Shown: positions 1 through 8,168 of the stretch, piece by piece | Layout of the letters: every line of letters begins with the position of its first letter | Numbering within the stretch: the stretch's first letter is position 1 | IMG/VR virus record: IMGVR_UViG_3300045988_067336 | DNA length: 29,780 nt | Reading direction: 5' to 3' (one strand) | Source: a virus | Made by a program: the position numbers and the translations under genes | The notes under the pieces: model-generated | Seen by the model: the letters and a program-made list of their open reading frames with translations, nothing else | Databases searched by the model: none | What the model was told of the DNA's origin: nothing

Positions 1-99
1 CCCTGCGTTGTTTGATATACACACAATATCATGTCCTTTTTTACGACACGCCGAACCGACGACGATCCACCGCGCACATCGGTTGCAACCAAAAAAAAC
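1..99. repeat. Terminal direct repeat, copy 1 (identical to 29682-29780). Most simply an assembly overlap of a circular or circularly permuted genome.
   Basis: The string ccctgcgttgtttgatatacacacaatatcatgtcc...ggttgcaaccaaaaaaaac occurs at 1-99 and again at 29682-29780. Confidence 0.9.
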
Positions 100-110
100 G
101 ACGCTATACT
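83..110 (+). promoter_or_regulatory. Sigma-70-like promoter, TTGCAA (83-88), 16-nt spacer, TATACT (105-110).
   Basis: Near-consensus -35 and -10 hexamers with 16-nt spacing. It faces rightward, back-to-back with the leftward promoter at 14-53. Confidence 0.55.
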
Positions 111-116
111 GACTCC

Positions 117-195
117 TGTACCTCATTGCGTACCTCTCTCTCAAGTGAGTGCCCAACCGGTTTCCGCACCTCTTTCCGGTTGGGCACTTTTTTAT
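117..195 (+). ncRNA. Candidate ~80-nt small RNA or terminated leader (promoter to intrinsic terminator, no ORF).
   Basis: It lies between the promoter at 83-110 and the 12-bp-stem terminator at 149-195. It has no start codon with an SD. CU-rich stretches (cctctctctc, and cacctcttt in the loop) are present. Confidence 0.4.
149..195 (+). terminator. Rho-independent terminator.
   Basis: The perfect 12-bp stem gtgcccaaccgg (149-160) pairs with ccggttgggcac (176-187). The loop is 15 nt and is followed by tttttt (188-193). Confidence 0.8.
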
Positions 196-251
196 ACCCC
201 AAAACCACAATCCGCGCCACATACTCCAGCAATACACCAATGTGAGACAAG

Positions 252-280
252 TTGTAGAAGCACTCAAACTGTTATATAAT
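252..280 (+). promoter_or_regulatory. Sigma-70-like promoter, TTGTAG (252-257), 17-nt spacer, TATAAT (275-280). The predicted start falls at or next to the ATG at 288.
   Basis: Consensus -10 with 17-nt spacing. Only 7 nt separate the -10 from the ATG at 288, and there is no SD, which implies a leaderless mRNA. Confidence 0.55.
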
Positions 281-287
281 AAGACTT

Positions 288-467
288 ATGAACGCTAAAG
301 ATTACACAGCAACAGTCCCCGAATACGCCAAGCGCTGGAAGCTCAACATCCAGACCGTCCGCCGCTTCATCCGCGAAGGACGACTCCACGCAGTCAAGGT
401 CGGCCGATGCTACTTCCTCAACCCCGACGTAATCCCGGGCGAAGGCACCCCCACCGCCAACGAATAA
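288..467 (+). CDS. Small helix-turn-helix DNA-binding protein of the excisionase/MerR-like (HTH_17) type, 59 aa.
   Basis: My own translation is MNAKDYTATVPEYAKRWKLNIQTVRRFIREGRLHAVKVGRCYFLNPDVIPGEGTPTANE. The segment QTVRRFIREGRLHAVKVGRCYF is typical of excisionase-family HTH proteins. The ORF is below the 60-aa cut-off of the ORF track. Confidence 0.65.
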   Translation: MNAKDYTATVPEYAKRWKLNIQTVRRFIREGRLHAVKVGRCYFLNPDVIPGEGTPTANE

Positions 468-1303
468 ACCACACCCAACACACACAAAGGAGCCACCCAA
501 CGAACACCGAAATCCAAACATTCGACTTCAACGCCGCAACACTGCGCATCATGACCGACAAAAACGGAGAACCATGGTTCTCAGGACAAGATGTGTGCAA
601 TATCCTCAACACCGGCACCAATCATCTACGCGAATACCTCAACGAAGACGAAATCACCAATATCCGCACTACGGACATTGGTCAGAACGGCGGTAAAGCG
701 CCTGTCTTCATCAGCGAGCCGGGCTTGTACAAGCTCATCATGCGCTCTCGCAAGCCGGAAGCCAAGGAATTTCAACGTTGGGTCACCCACGAAGTGCTGC
801 CAACCATCCGCAAGCATGGCATCTACGCCACCAAAACCACCATCGACCAAATCCTCGCCGACCCGGACTTCGGCATCAGACTGCTCACCGACCTGAAAGA
901 GGAACGAGCCAGACGAATCGAAGCCGAAAACCACATCAAGGAACTGGAACCAAAAGCGAAAGCATTGGATAACTTCACCAACATGCCCGACACTCTACTC
1001 GTCAGGGACGCAGCGAAACTCCTATCCAACGCAGGCACCCCAATCGGCGAAAAGGAACTACGCGAATGGCTCAGCCAACACGATTGGACGTACCGGCACG
1101 CCGGCACATGGTGGGCAGCCTCGGAGCGCGTGAAAGCCGGACATCTGGTCATGGTAGCGTCAAGATCGCACGGACGGCATAAGGACGGCAGCATCTACGC
1201 TTTCGCCCCGACCGTCAAGATCACCCGCAAAGGCTTGGCACTCCTCCACAGACGACTGGGAGAAACCAACCTGGCAAACGTCATCGAAACAGCCAATGAC
1301 TAA
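407..1303 (+). CDS. Phage antirepressor with an N-terminal BRO-N domain and a C-terminal KilAC (ANT) domain. The start codon is uncertain.
   Basis: IQTFDFNAATLRIMTDKNGEPWFSGQDVCNIL is a BRO-N signature. The C-terminal half (KALDNF...LLVRDAAKLL...VKITRKGLALL) resembles KilAC. The ATG at 407 overlaps the upstream gene, and the ATG at 551 would truncate the domain. An SD, AAAGGAG (486-492), precedes an in-frame ACG at 500. Confidence 0.8.
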   Translation: MLLPQPRRNPGRRHPHRQRINHTQHTQRSHPTNTEIQTFDFNAATLRIMTDKNGEPWFSGQDVCNILNTGTNHLREYLNEDEITNIRTTDIGQNGGKAPVFISEPGLYKLIMRSRKPEAKEFQRWVTHEVLPTIRKHGIYATKTTIDQILADPDFGIRLLTDLKEERARRIEAENHIKELEPKAKALDNFTNMPDTLLVRDAAKLLSNAGTPIGEKELREWLSQHDWTYRHAGTWWAASERVKAGHLVMVASRSHGRHKDGSIYAFAPTVKITRKGLALLHRRLGETNLANVIETAND

Positions 1304-1327
1304 CCAACAAGAAAAGGACACAAACCC

Positions 1328-1783
1328 ATGAACGATCCACACATCATCCTCCCCTCCGCCCGCCTCGTAGCCGACCCGGAACAGAAACAATCCAAGAACG
1401 GCACCCCATACCTCCTCATCCGCGTAGCCGCCAACGGCAGTCACAAGGACAAGCAAACCCAACAGTGGGTCGACCACGACACCATGTTCGCCACGATCTT
1501 CGAATACGACCAGCGCCTCGCCTCCACCTACATCCAAACTCTCCACAAAGGCACTCCGGTACGCGTCGAAGGCGACCTGACATGGTCCACAGGAACCGAC
1601 CGCAACGGCCAGCCTCGCACCAACTTCACCATCAACTACGCGAACATCAGCATGATCCTGAAGAGAGCCAAGACACAGCAGTCCACCCCACAGCAGCCCA
1701 CCCCGCAACAGCAGACCGCCAACTGGGGCAACACCAACCAGTCCGACCCATACGCGCAGTTCCCCGCCGTCGACGAATGGTAA
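1328..1783 (+). CDS. ssb: Single-stranded DNA-binding protein.
   Basis: OB-fold-like N-terminus (ARLVADPE...NGTPYLLIRVAAN...VRVEGDLTW), a Q/P-rich linker and an acidic C-terminal tip PAVDEW. The RBS is aaaaggac. Confidence 0.8.
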   Translation: MNDPHIILPSARLVADPEQKQSKNGTPYLLIRVAANGSHKDKQTQQWVDHDTMFATIFEYDQRLASTYIQTLHKGTPVRVEGDLTWSTGTDRNGQPRTNFTINYANISMILKRAKTQQSTPQQPTPQQQTANWGNTNQSDPYAQFPAVDEW

Positions 1784-1798
1784 AATAGAAAGAACGAC

Positions 1799-1936
1799 AT
1801 GAACAAGCAACATAACCCAATCAGCTACAAAGTAGGAAGAACCCTCGCCTACCTCCTCATCGCCCTCGCGGCCATCCTCCTCATAACAGGCAGCGTCGCG
1901 CTACTGAAACTCCTCATCGGCTTCATTCTCGCCTGA
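1799..1936 (+). CDS. Small membrane protein, 45 aa.
   Basis: My own translation is MNKQHNPISYKVGRTLAYLLIALAAILLITGSVALLKLLIGFILA. It has one long hydrophobic segment. It fills the gap between ssb and the terminator. Confidence 0.45.
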   Translation: MNKQHNPISYKVGRTLAYLLIALAAILLITGSVALLKLLIGFILA

Positions 1937-1940
1937 CCAC

Positions 1941-1969
1941 AGCCCCCACCGCCAATATGGGGGCTTTTC
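1941..1969 (+). terminator. Rho-independent terminator directly abutting the terS start.
   Basis: agccccca (1941-1948) pairs with tgggggct (1958-1965) and is followed by ttttcc. The ATG of the next ORF is at 1971. Confidence 0.7.
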
Positions 1970-1970
1970 C

Positions 1971-2381
1971 ATGCCTGCTAAAATAGGCAGTATGACAGAA
2001 GTAGTAAGAGACCACCGCGGCCGAATCATCAGCGGAGTCTGCAACCCCACAGGCAAAGGCGGATTCCAAGAACGCCCACAAGACCGAGGCTCCTGGACCA
2101 AAGACACCAGCCCAACCCGCTGGATACGTGAATTCAGCAAGCTCACCATATCGGAAATCAACGAAAAAGCAAAAGACACGACCCTGACAATGGTGCAACG
2201 GATCGCCATCAAACACGTCCTCAACGCATACAAGGACCCACACATCACAACCGACTACATCGACCGACTCGACGGCAAGGCCCGCCAATCCACCGACGTA
2301 AACGTCACCGGATACGAGCCGCCGAACATCACCCTCGAAGTATTCGACGACAACCCCGAAAACACCAAAGACAGCCAGTAA
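1971..2381 (+). CDS. terS: Putative terminase small subunit.
   Basis: It lies immediately upstream of the large terminase. It is 136 aa and has an N-terminal basic NPTGKGGFQERPQDRG segment like several TerS families. The start could instead be the ATG eight codons downstream. Confidence 0.55.
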   Translation: MPAKIGSMTEVVRDHRGRIISGVCNPTGKGGFQERPQDRGSWTKDTSPTRWIREFSKLTISEINEKAKDTTLTMVQRIAIKHVLNAYKDPHITTDYIDRLDGKARQSTDVNVTGYEPPNITLEVFDDNPENTKDSQ

Positions 2382-2400
2382 ACGCACATAGACTGGACCC

Positions 2401-3660
2401 ATGCAGATAGCAAGACCATACCGCGACCTATGGTGGTGGCTCCACACGGAGACACCACCATATCGTTACTACTGTTATTCAGGCGGCCGAGCCTCAGGCA
2501 AAAGCACCGCAGTCGCACAAAGCCTCATCCTCCGAGCCTCCGTACAACCAATCACCGTCCTCTGCGCCAGAGAATTCCAAAACTCCATCACCGACTCCGT
2601 CTACAAGCTCCTCACCGGCACCATCGAAAAATTCGGATTGCAGGGCTTCGAAATCAGACGAGACGGCATCGGCCACATCAACGGCAGCAGTTTCATCTTC
2701 CGCGGCCTTCACGACAACCTCCAATCCATCAAAAGCATCGAAGGCGTCGACGTCTGCTGGGTCGAAGAAGCGCAGACCGTCAGCAAGACAAGCCTGACCA
2801 CACTCATTCCAACCATCCGCAAAACCAATTCCACGATGATCTTCACTTGGAACCCGCTCACCAGCCATGATCCGATCTGGGCATATTTCGTTTCAACGGA
2901 CTCCGAGGAACGACTACGCCAGACATGCCACTGGCACACCACCTTCAACGACGTGCGCCGGCTCCTCAGCCAAGACGTCCTCGACATGGTAGAAGCCGAC
3001 AAGCAGACCGCCGACTACGGGCACGTCTGGCTCGGCCTCCCCTACGCCGACACCGACAACCAGCTCATCAGCGACACCATGATCAACGAAGCCATCCAAC
3101 GCGCGGCAACCGACGGCCCTGTCACCTTCGGCGTCGACGTCGCACGATACGGTAACGACCGCACCGCCCTCACCATCAAAAAAGGCAACCGGATCGAAAC
3201 ACTCGAATCATGGACACACGCAAGCATCGTCGACACAGTCGAACGAATCAGACTCCGCGCATCCCAACACCAGCCGATCGACATCCGCGTCGACGACACA
3301 GGCGTCGGCGGAGGAGTCACCGACCTACTCAAAACATACGGGCTGCCAGTTACCGGCATCAACTACGCCAGCAAAGCCAAAAGCCAGCAATACCCCAACA
3401 TCGCGTCCGAACTATGGTTCGACTTCGCCACCATACTCCCCCAACTCAGCATCAACCCACAATTAGCTGACCTCCCCAAACTCACCACCGAACTCACCAC
3501 ACGCAAATGGCACATAACCAGCCGTAACCAACGGCAAATAGAAAGCAAACAAGACTACAAAGACACCATGAACCTCGGAAGCCCAGACCTCGCCGACAGC
3601 CTGCTACTCGCCTGCTACGAGCCACCGAAACTCCCCTCATGGGATGTCGCAGTATGCTAA
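2401..3660 (+). CDS. terL: Terminase large subunit.
   Basis: Walker A GGRASGKS, Walker B-like VDVCWVEEA, and a C-terminal RNaseH-like nuclease region (FGVDVARYGNDRTAL ... IRVDDTGVGGGV). Confidence 0.9.
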   Translation: MQIARPYRDLWWWLHTETPPYRYYCYSGGRASGKSTAVAQSLILRASVQPITVLCAREFQNSITDSVYKLLTGTIEKFGLQGFEIRRDGIGHINGSSFIFRGLHDNLQSIKSIEGVDVCWVEEAQTVSKTSLTTLIPTIRKTNSTMIFTWNPLTSHDPIWAYFVSTDSEERLRQTCHWHTTFNDVRRLLSQDVLDMVEADKQTADYGHVWLGLPYADTDNQLISDTMINEAIQRAATDGPVTFGVDVARYGNDRTALTIKKGNRIETLESWTHASIVDTVERIRLRASQHQPIDIRVDDTGVGGGVTDLLKTYGLPVTGINYASKAKSQQYPNIASELWFDFATILPQLSINPQLADLPKLTTELTTRKWHITSRNQRQIESKQDYKDTMNLGSPDLADSLLLACYEPPKLPSWDVAVC

Positions 3661-3719
3661 CCAACATCCACTGCGATAAACTATGAAGCATACAACATAC
3701 CACTACAAAACGAGGTAAA

Positions 3720-5813
3720 ATGACCCTTCTCAACAACATTCGTGCGGGCTTCACAAGCGCCTTCGGCCGTACCAACGCCCCACACACCGAACCCACCCCA
3801 GCAGGCGGCAACACATGGCAGCCAATGGGCGGCAACACCATCCCCATGCACGACACGTACGACAACATCTTCCCCTACGTCAACGCCATTGCACAACGCT
3901 TCAGCACAGTAATCCCCTACGCCGTCACCACAGACGGCAGGAAAATCAACCCCGCCCCCACCGCATTAAACGCACTATACGCACCAAACGACACCTACAG
4001 CTGTCTCGAATTCCTCAAACTCATCGCCTCCGGCATCCTCACCCAATCCCACGTCGACATCCTCGTCTGGACCACGGAAGGCCCCGGCGGTAACATCACC
4101 CCAGACAACATCGCCGGCTACACCATCCTCCCCACAAACAGCCGCGTATACAACGACAGCCGCAGCGACTGGTACCACCGCGTAACCATGGACCTCGGCA
4201 ACGGCCCCCACCCATACGAATTCACCCGCGACGAAACCATCGCATTAAGCTACAGCCGTCACCCCAACGACCCAACCCGAGGCATCAGCCCCGCCATGAC
4301 CATCAAAAAATGGGCCAACGTCGACGACATGATCGCAGACTACGAACGCGGCTTCTTCGGCAACAACGCCGTCCCCGCAGGCATGCTCGGCATCGTCTCA
4401 GAAAACGCCGAAGACTTCCAACGCAACCGCGCACGCCTCGAAGAAACCTTCCGCGGAGCCGGCAACAACAACGGCATCGTCTACAACATGGTCCCAGTCG
4501 ACCCAATGACCCACAAGCCAAGCCAAACCAGCAAACTCGTCTGGGTCCCATTCCAGAACTCCAACGACACACTCGACCTGCAAACCGTATCCAACGTCGT
4601 CAACAACCGCCTAGCCAACGCGCTCGCCGTCCCCGACATCATCCGAGGCATCGACAACGGCCAAACCTACGCCAACGCCGAAATGGCCGAACGCGCCTTC
4701 ATCGAAAACACCCTCAGACCCCTCTGCATGACAGTATGGGACAAATGGCAGTTCGAACTCGACCGCATCACCGGCGGCCTCGGCTACGGCATCACCTTCA
4801 CCCTCGACCTCCCCGCCCAAACCGAAGTCGAGAAAGCACAAGCGGAAACCCAACAGATCCGCGTCAGCAGCCTCATCCAACTCGTCAACATGGGAGCTAC
4901 GGTCGAAAGCGCAGTCGAAGCACTAGGCCTCCCCGAACCCTACAAGCGACTCCACCTCCACCAGACCGACACACCACAACTCCCCCACCTCCCCTCAAAG
5001 AGAAACACCACGAAAGCCACCAAAAAAACAGACGACATGACAACCGAAAGCCAAATACTGCCAGCAACCCGCACATACGTCGACAGAGTCATCCGCCTCA
5101 CCCGACGCTCCCAAAACGGACTGAAAGACAACCTCGAAACAATCAGCCGCCAATGGGCCAACGACGTAGAAGACACCCTCATCACCCACCTCACGGAATA
5201 CGCCCGCAACACCGGCATAAAACTCGAACAGATCCTCACCGCATGGGCCGAACTCCACCCGGAAACCCCCATCGCCATCGACATCCAGTCCTACACGACC
5301 ACCGACTGGCAGAAACTCTACGACTGGACAACCCTGCCCGACAACATCAAAACAGCCTACGAAACCCACCTCCAGGAAATAGCCGACACGACATCCAAGA
5401 CCATCACCAGCAAAACCCTGGAACTCCTGAACCAAGCCGACATGGAACAATGGACCGCACACCGACTAAACGACGAACTAGCCAGAATGGGTAACGACCA
5501 CGCCGAACTAATAGCAAGATGCGAAACCGTCCAATCCCAAAGACTCGGAAGCCTATACAGCGCCCGTAACCTCAGCGAAACATTAGGCGTCAGACTCCAG
5601 AAAGTATGGCGTACCACCGGAGACGGCAACACGTGCGACTTCTGCCGGCACATGGAAGGCACGACCATACCCCTCGACTCCGCCTACATGGCAAAGGACG
5701 CGGTCGTCAACATCGGCGACCGCACCTACACCAACAGCTTCGAAACCATGAGCACGCCGAACGGCCATCCACGATGCCGCTGCTACGAAGACTACGAAGT
5801 CGTGGAAGACTAA
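3720..5813 (+). CDS. Portal protein fused to a MuF/SPP1 gp7-like minor head (head morphogenesis) domain.
   Basis: The N-terminal ~470 aa are portal-like (GISPAMTIKKWANVDDMIADYERGFFGNNAVPAGML...). The C-terminus carries the MuF signature TGDGNTCDFCRHMEGTTIPLD...NGHPRCRCYEDYEV. Confidence 0.8.
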   Translation: MTLLNNIRAGFTSAFGRTNAPHTEPTPAGGNTWQPMGGNTIPMHDTYDNIFPYVNAIAQRFSTVIPYAVTTDGRKINPAPTALNALYAPNDTYSCLEFLKLIASGILTQSHVDILVWTTEGPGGNITPDNIAGYTILPTNSRVYNDSRSDWYHRVTMDLGNGPHPYEFTRDETIALSYSRHPNDPTRGISPAMTIKKWANVDDMIADYERGFFGNNAVPAGMLGIVSENAEDFQRNRARLEETFRGAGNNNGIVYNMVPVDPMTHKPSQTSKLVWVPFQNSNDTLDLQTVSNVVNNRLANALAVPDIIRGIDNGQTYANAEMAERAFIENTLRPLCMTVWDKWQFELDRITGGLGYGITFTLDLPAQTEVEKAQAETQQIRVSSLIQLVNMGATVESAVEALGLPEPYKRLHLHQTDTPQLPHLPSKRNTTKATKKTDDMTTESQILPATRTYVDRVIRLTRRSQNGLKDNLETISRQWANDVEDTLITHLTEYARNTGIKLEQILTAWAELHPETPIAIDIQSYTTTDWQKLYDWTTLPDNIKTAYETHLQEIADTTSKTITSKTLELLNQADMEQWTAHRLNDELARMGNDHAELIARCETVQSQRLGSLYSARNLSETLGVRLQKVWRTTGDGNTCDFCRHMEGTTIPLDSAYMAKDAVVNIGDRTYTNSFETMSTPNGHPRCRCYEDYEVVED

Positions 5814-5909
5814 CCAGCCACATCAATTACCGTGGTATCATTGTGCTCGTCAGTACATCAACCACTGGTGCCACTGATGAGCACCACTGCCCCAATCCGG
5901 AAGGATGAT

Positions 5910-7715
5910 ATGAAGATTCGCAAGAGTCTCACACACGGCGGTGCCGCTGAAACCGAAGGCCATACGCTCACATTCCTCGCCAACAGCGGCAAGAAAATGA
6001 GCAACGGCCTCACCGTGGATCTAGCCACACTCAAAGCGCCACTCATCGACGGCACATTGAAACTAGTGGACGAGCTCACGGAATCAGACCAACTCACACT
6101 CCCCCTTCTCATTGACCACGAGCCCAGCATCGAAGCACAAGCAGGCACCATCACCCGCCTATGGACCACCGACGCCGGACTCATGGCCGAAGCGAAGCTC
6201 AGCGAAGTCGACAACGGCGAACGCGTCCGCCGACTCGCCGCAGACGGATGTCTAACCAACAGTTTCAGCATCACCGTCGAATTCCCCGAACGGCCCGGCA
6301 AGGACGGCATCATCCACGATAGCGAACTGGTCGAAATCAGCGTCGTTTACCGTGGAGCCGACCCGAAAGCAGCCTTCACATCAATCAACCAAAGAAATGG
6401 AGATAACATGAACCCGAACCTCATGAACAAGGTGGCACGCACCGTAGCCGAATTCAAACTCACCCCGGACGAAGCCACCTCGCTGACCTCGTCCATCACC
6501 GACATCATGCAGGACGCCGTCGAAGACATCACTGAAGCAGTCAACAGCCAGACTGATGCCAACGAAACGTCAGCGACCACCGCCCCGGAAGAACCGGTAC
6601 AGTCCGCTAACAAGCGTCCGCTCGTCATCATCAACAAGAACAACCGTACGGCCAAGCAGTCCGGCATTGCTTCCTTCTCCCACTCCCGTGAAACGTGGCT
6701 CGACTCGCCGGACGCAATGGCAGCGTTCGAACGCGCCTTCATCGACAACGACAACAAGGGCGTGGAAGCATTCCGCAAGGAGTGGGCCGACACCGTGTCC
6801 CGCAACATGGCCGACACCGCCTCCTTCGGCGTAAGCGAGACCGACGTGGACAAGTTCATCCCGACCGAAGCCATCACCACCATCTCCGACGCATTGAACA
6901 CTCGCGGTTCCGGCCTGTGGAACCTACTCCGCAAGACCGGCATGGACCGTCTCACCATCGGAGGCAACGTTCTCGGTCTGTCCGAAGGAACCCGCGCCCA
7001 CGGCTATCCGGTCGCCTCTTACGGCACCAAGAAGAAGGAGCAGACCCCGTCCTTCGTGAAGCGTGAGCTGACCGCCGACTACACGTACAAGTACATCACC
7101 TTGAACAAGGGTGACATCCGTCGTACGCAGAAGCCTGGCGCACTGCTCCGCTACATCCTCTCCGAACTGCCGAACTACATCATCCAGACCATCGAACGTC
7201 AGATCGTGCTCGGCGGCTACGAGGACATGGCACACTTCCGTTCCGTCACCACCGACGCGGCAGACAAGTCCTCCGAATGGGCCGGCAACAAGTTCGCCCT
7301 CTCCTACACCCTGACCGAAGATGCGCCGCTCATGGGCTTCGTGAAGGCTTCCCACATGGTCCGCGCACAGGGCAACAAGGTCCTCGTCTGCAATGCGGAC
7401 ACGGTAGCCGACCTACTCATGAGCGCCAACGCGAACGGCAACACGTACATCGCCCTCGGCGGCGACGACACGCTCGCCCGCGCTCTCGGCGTTTCTCAGA
7501 TCATCACCCCGGAATGGTGGACCGCGGAAGACGACAAGAATGTGGCCGGCGTGGTCATGAGCGCTTCCCACTACCCGCTCGTCGGCGACACTTCCGTCGA
7601 ATCGTTCACGAACTTCGCCCTCCAGACCAACACCAACGAATACCTCCAGGAGATTTACGCTGGCGGTGGCTTGGATGCTGAGAAGTCCGCAGTGGTCATC
7701 AAGCCGAAGGCCTGA
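5910..7715 (+). CDS. Prohead (HK97-type, S78-like) protease fused to a scaffold-like linker and an HK97-fold major capsid protein.
   Basis: The N-terminus ([16 protein letters not shown] ... [11 protein letters not shown] ... [16 protein letters not shown]) is prohead-protease-like. The C-terminal ~330 aa is capsid-like. The RBS ggaagga (5899-5905) precedes the ATG at 5910, and the ORF is open from 5832. Confidence 0.75.
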   Translation: MKIRKSLTHGGAAETEGHTLTFLANSGKKMSNGLTVDLATLKAPLIDGTLKLVDELTESDQLTLPLLIDHEPSIEAQAGTITRLWTTDAGLMAEAKLSEVDNGERVRRLAADGCLTNSFSITVEFPERPGKDGIIHDSELVEISVVYRGADPKAAFTSINQRNGDNMNPNLMNKVARTVAEFKLTPDEATSLTSSITDIMQDAVEDITEAVNSQTDANETSATTAPEEPVQSANKRPLVIINKNNRTAKQSGIASFSHSRETWLDSPDAMAAFERAFIDNDNKGVEAFRKEWADTVSRNMADTASFGVSETDVDKFIPTEAITTISDALNTRGSGLWNLLRKTGMDRLTIGGNVLGLSEGTRAHGYPVASYGTKKKEQTPSFVKRELTADYTYKYITLNKGDIRRTQKPGALLRYILSELPNYIIQTIERQIVLGGYEDMAHFRSVTTDAADKSSEWAGNKFALSYTLTEDAPLMGFVKASHMVRAQGNKVLVCNADTVADLLMSANANGNTYIALGGDDTLARALGVSQIITPEWWTAEDDKNVAGVVMSASHYPLVGDTSVESFTNFALQTNTNEYLQEIYAGGGLDAEKSAVVIKPKA

Positions 7716-7717
7716 TA

Positions 7718-8095
7718 ATGAACGCTGAAATGTATTCTCGAATCGGCGGTAAAGCACTGCCGGCAGACAACTTGAACACGGTTAAGGTTATCAACTTCGT
7801 GGATGAGGAAGGCCAGCCGGTAGCCTTCGGCCAAGGAGCCCAGGGCCCCAAGGGTGATGCTGGTCCAGCTGGTCCCACTGGTCCTAAGGGTGAGACTGGT
7901 CCCGCTGGTCCAGCTGGCCCCACTGGTCCTACTGGTCCTAAGGGTGAGACTGGTCCCGCTGGTCCAGCTGGCCCCACTGGTCCGATTGGTCCCGCCGCCA
8001 CGATCACCAAAGCCGCCCACGTCGACCCGACCGCTGGCACGGTAGGGGAAGTAGTGAACGCTCTGATTAACGCTGGACTGATGGAATCCGCCTGA
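7718..8095 (+). CDS. Collagen-like (Gly-X-Y) repeat protein, probably a head decoration or head fibre protein.
   Basis: There are about 18 uninterrupted GXY triplets ([56 protein letters not shown]). It lies directly after the capsid gene. Confidence 0.75.
   Translation: MNAEMYSRIGGKALPADNLNTVKVINFVDEEGQPVAFGQGAQGPKGDAGPAGPTGPKGETGPAGPAGPTGPTGPKGETGPAGPAGPTGPIGPAATITKAAHVDPTAGTVGEVVNALINAGLMESA
7880..7987 (+). repeat. Tandem duplication, period 54 bp, within the collagen-like gene.
   Basis: ggtcctaagggtgagactggtcccgctggtccagctggccccactggtcc starts at 7880 and again at 7934. The two copies are essentially identical. Confidence 0.85.
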
Positions 8096-8114
8096 CAGCC
8101 AGCCAGTAAACAAT

Positions 8115-8155
8115 TAGGTCCTACCGTTATAATAAACGGTAGGACCTATTCATTT
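8115..8155 (+). terminator. Rho-independent terminator after the capsid and decoration genes.
   Basis: The perfect 14-bp stem taggtcctaccgtt (8115-8128) pairs with aacggtaggaccta (8135-8148). The loop is ataata and the trailing sequence is ttcattt. Confidence 0.75.
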
Positions 8156-8168
8156 ACCCGGAGAAAAA

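Noticed and set aside
5832-5909. The upstream ATG at 5832 as the start of the protease-capsid gene.
   Set aside because: It has no SD, and the added 26 residues (MVSLCSSVHQPLVPLMSTTAPIRKDD) are not protein-like for this family. The ATG at 5910 has a ggaagga RBS.
7829-7993. Collagen-like repeats considered as the variable region of a diversity-generating retroelement.
   Set aside because: No reverse transcriptase and no template repeat occur anywhere in the genome. The two repeat copies are identical and do not show adenine-specific differences.
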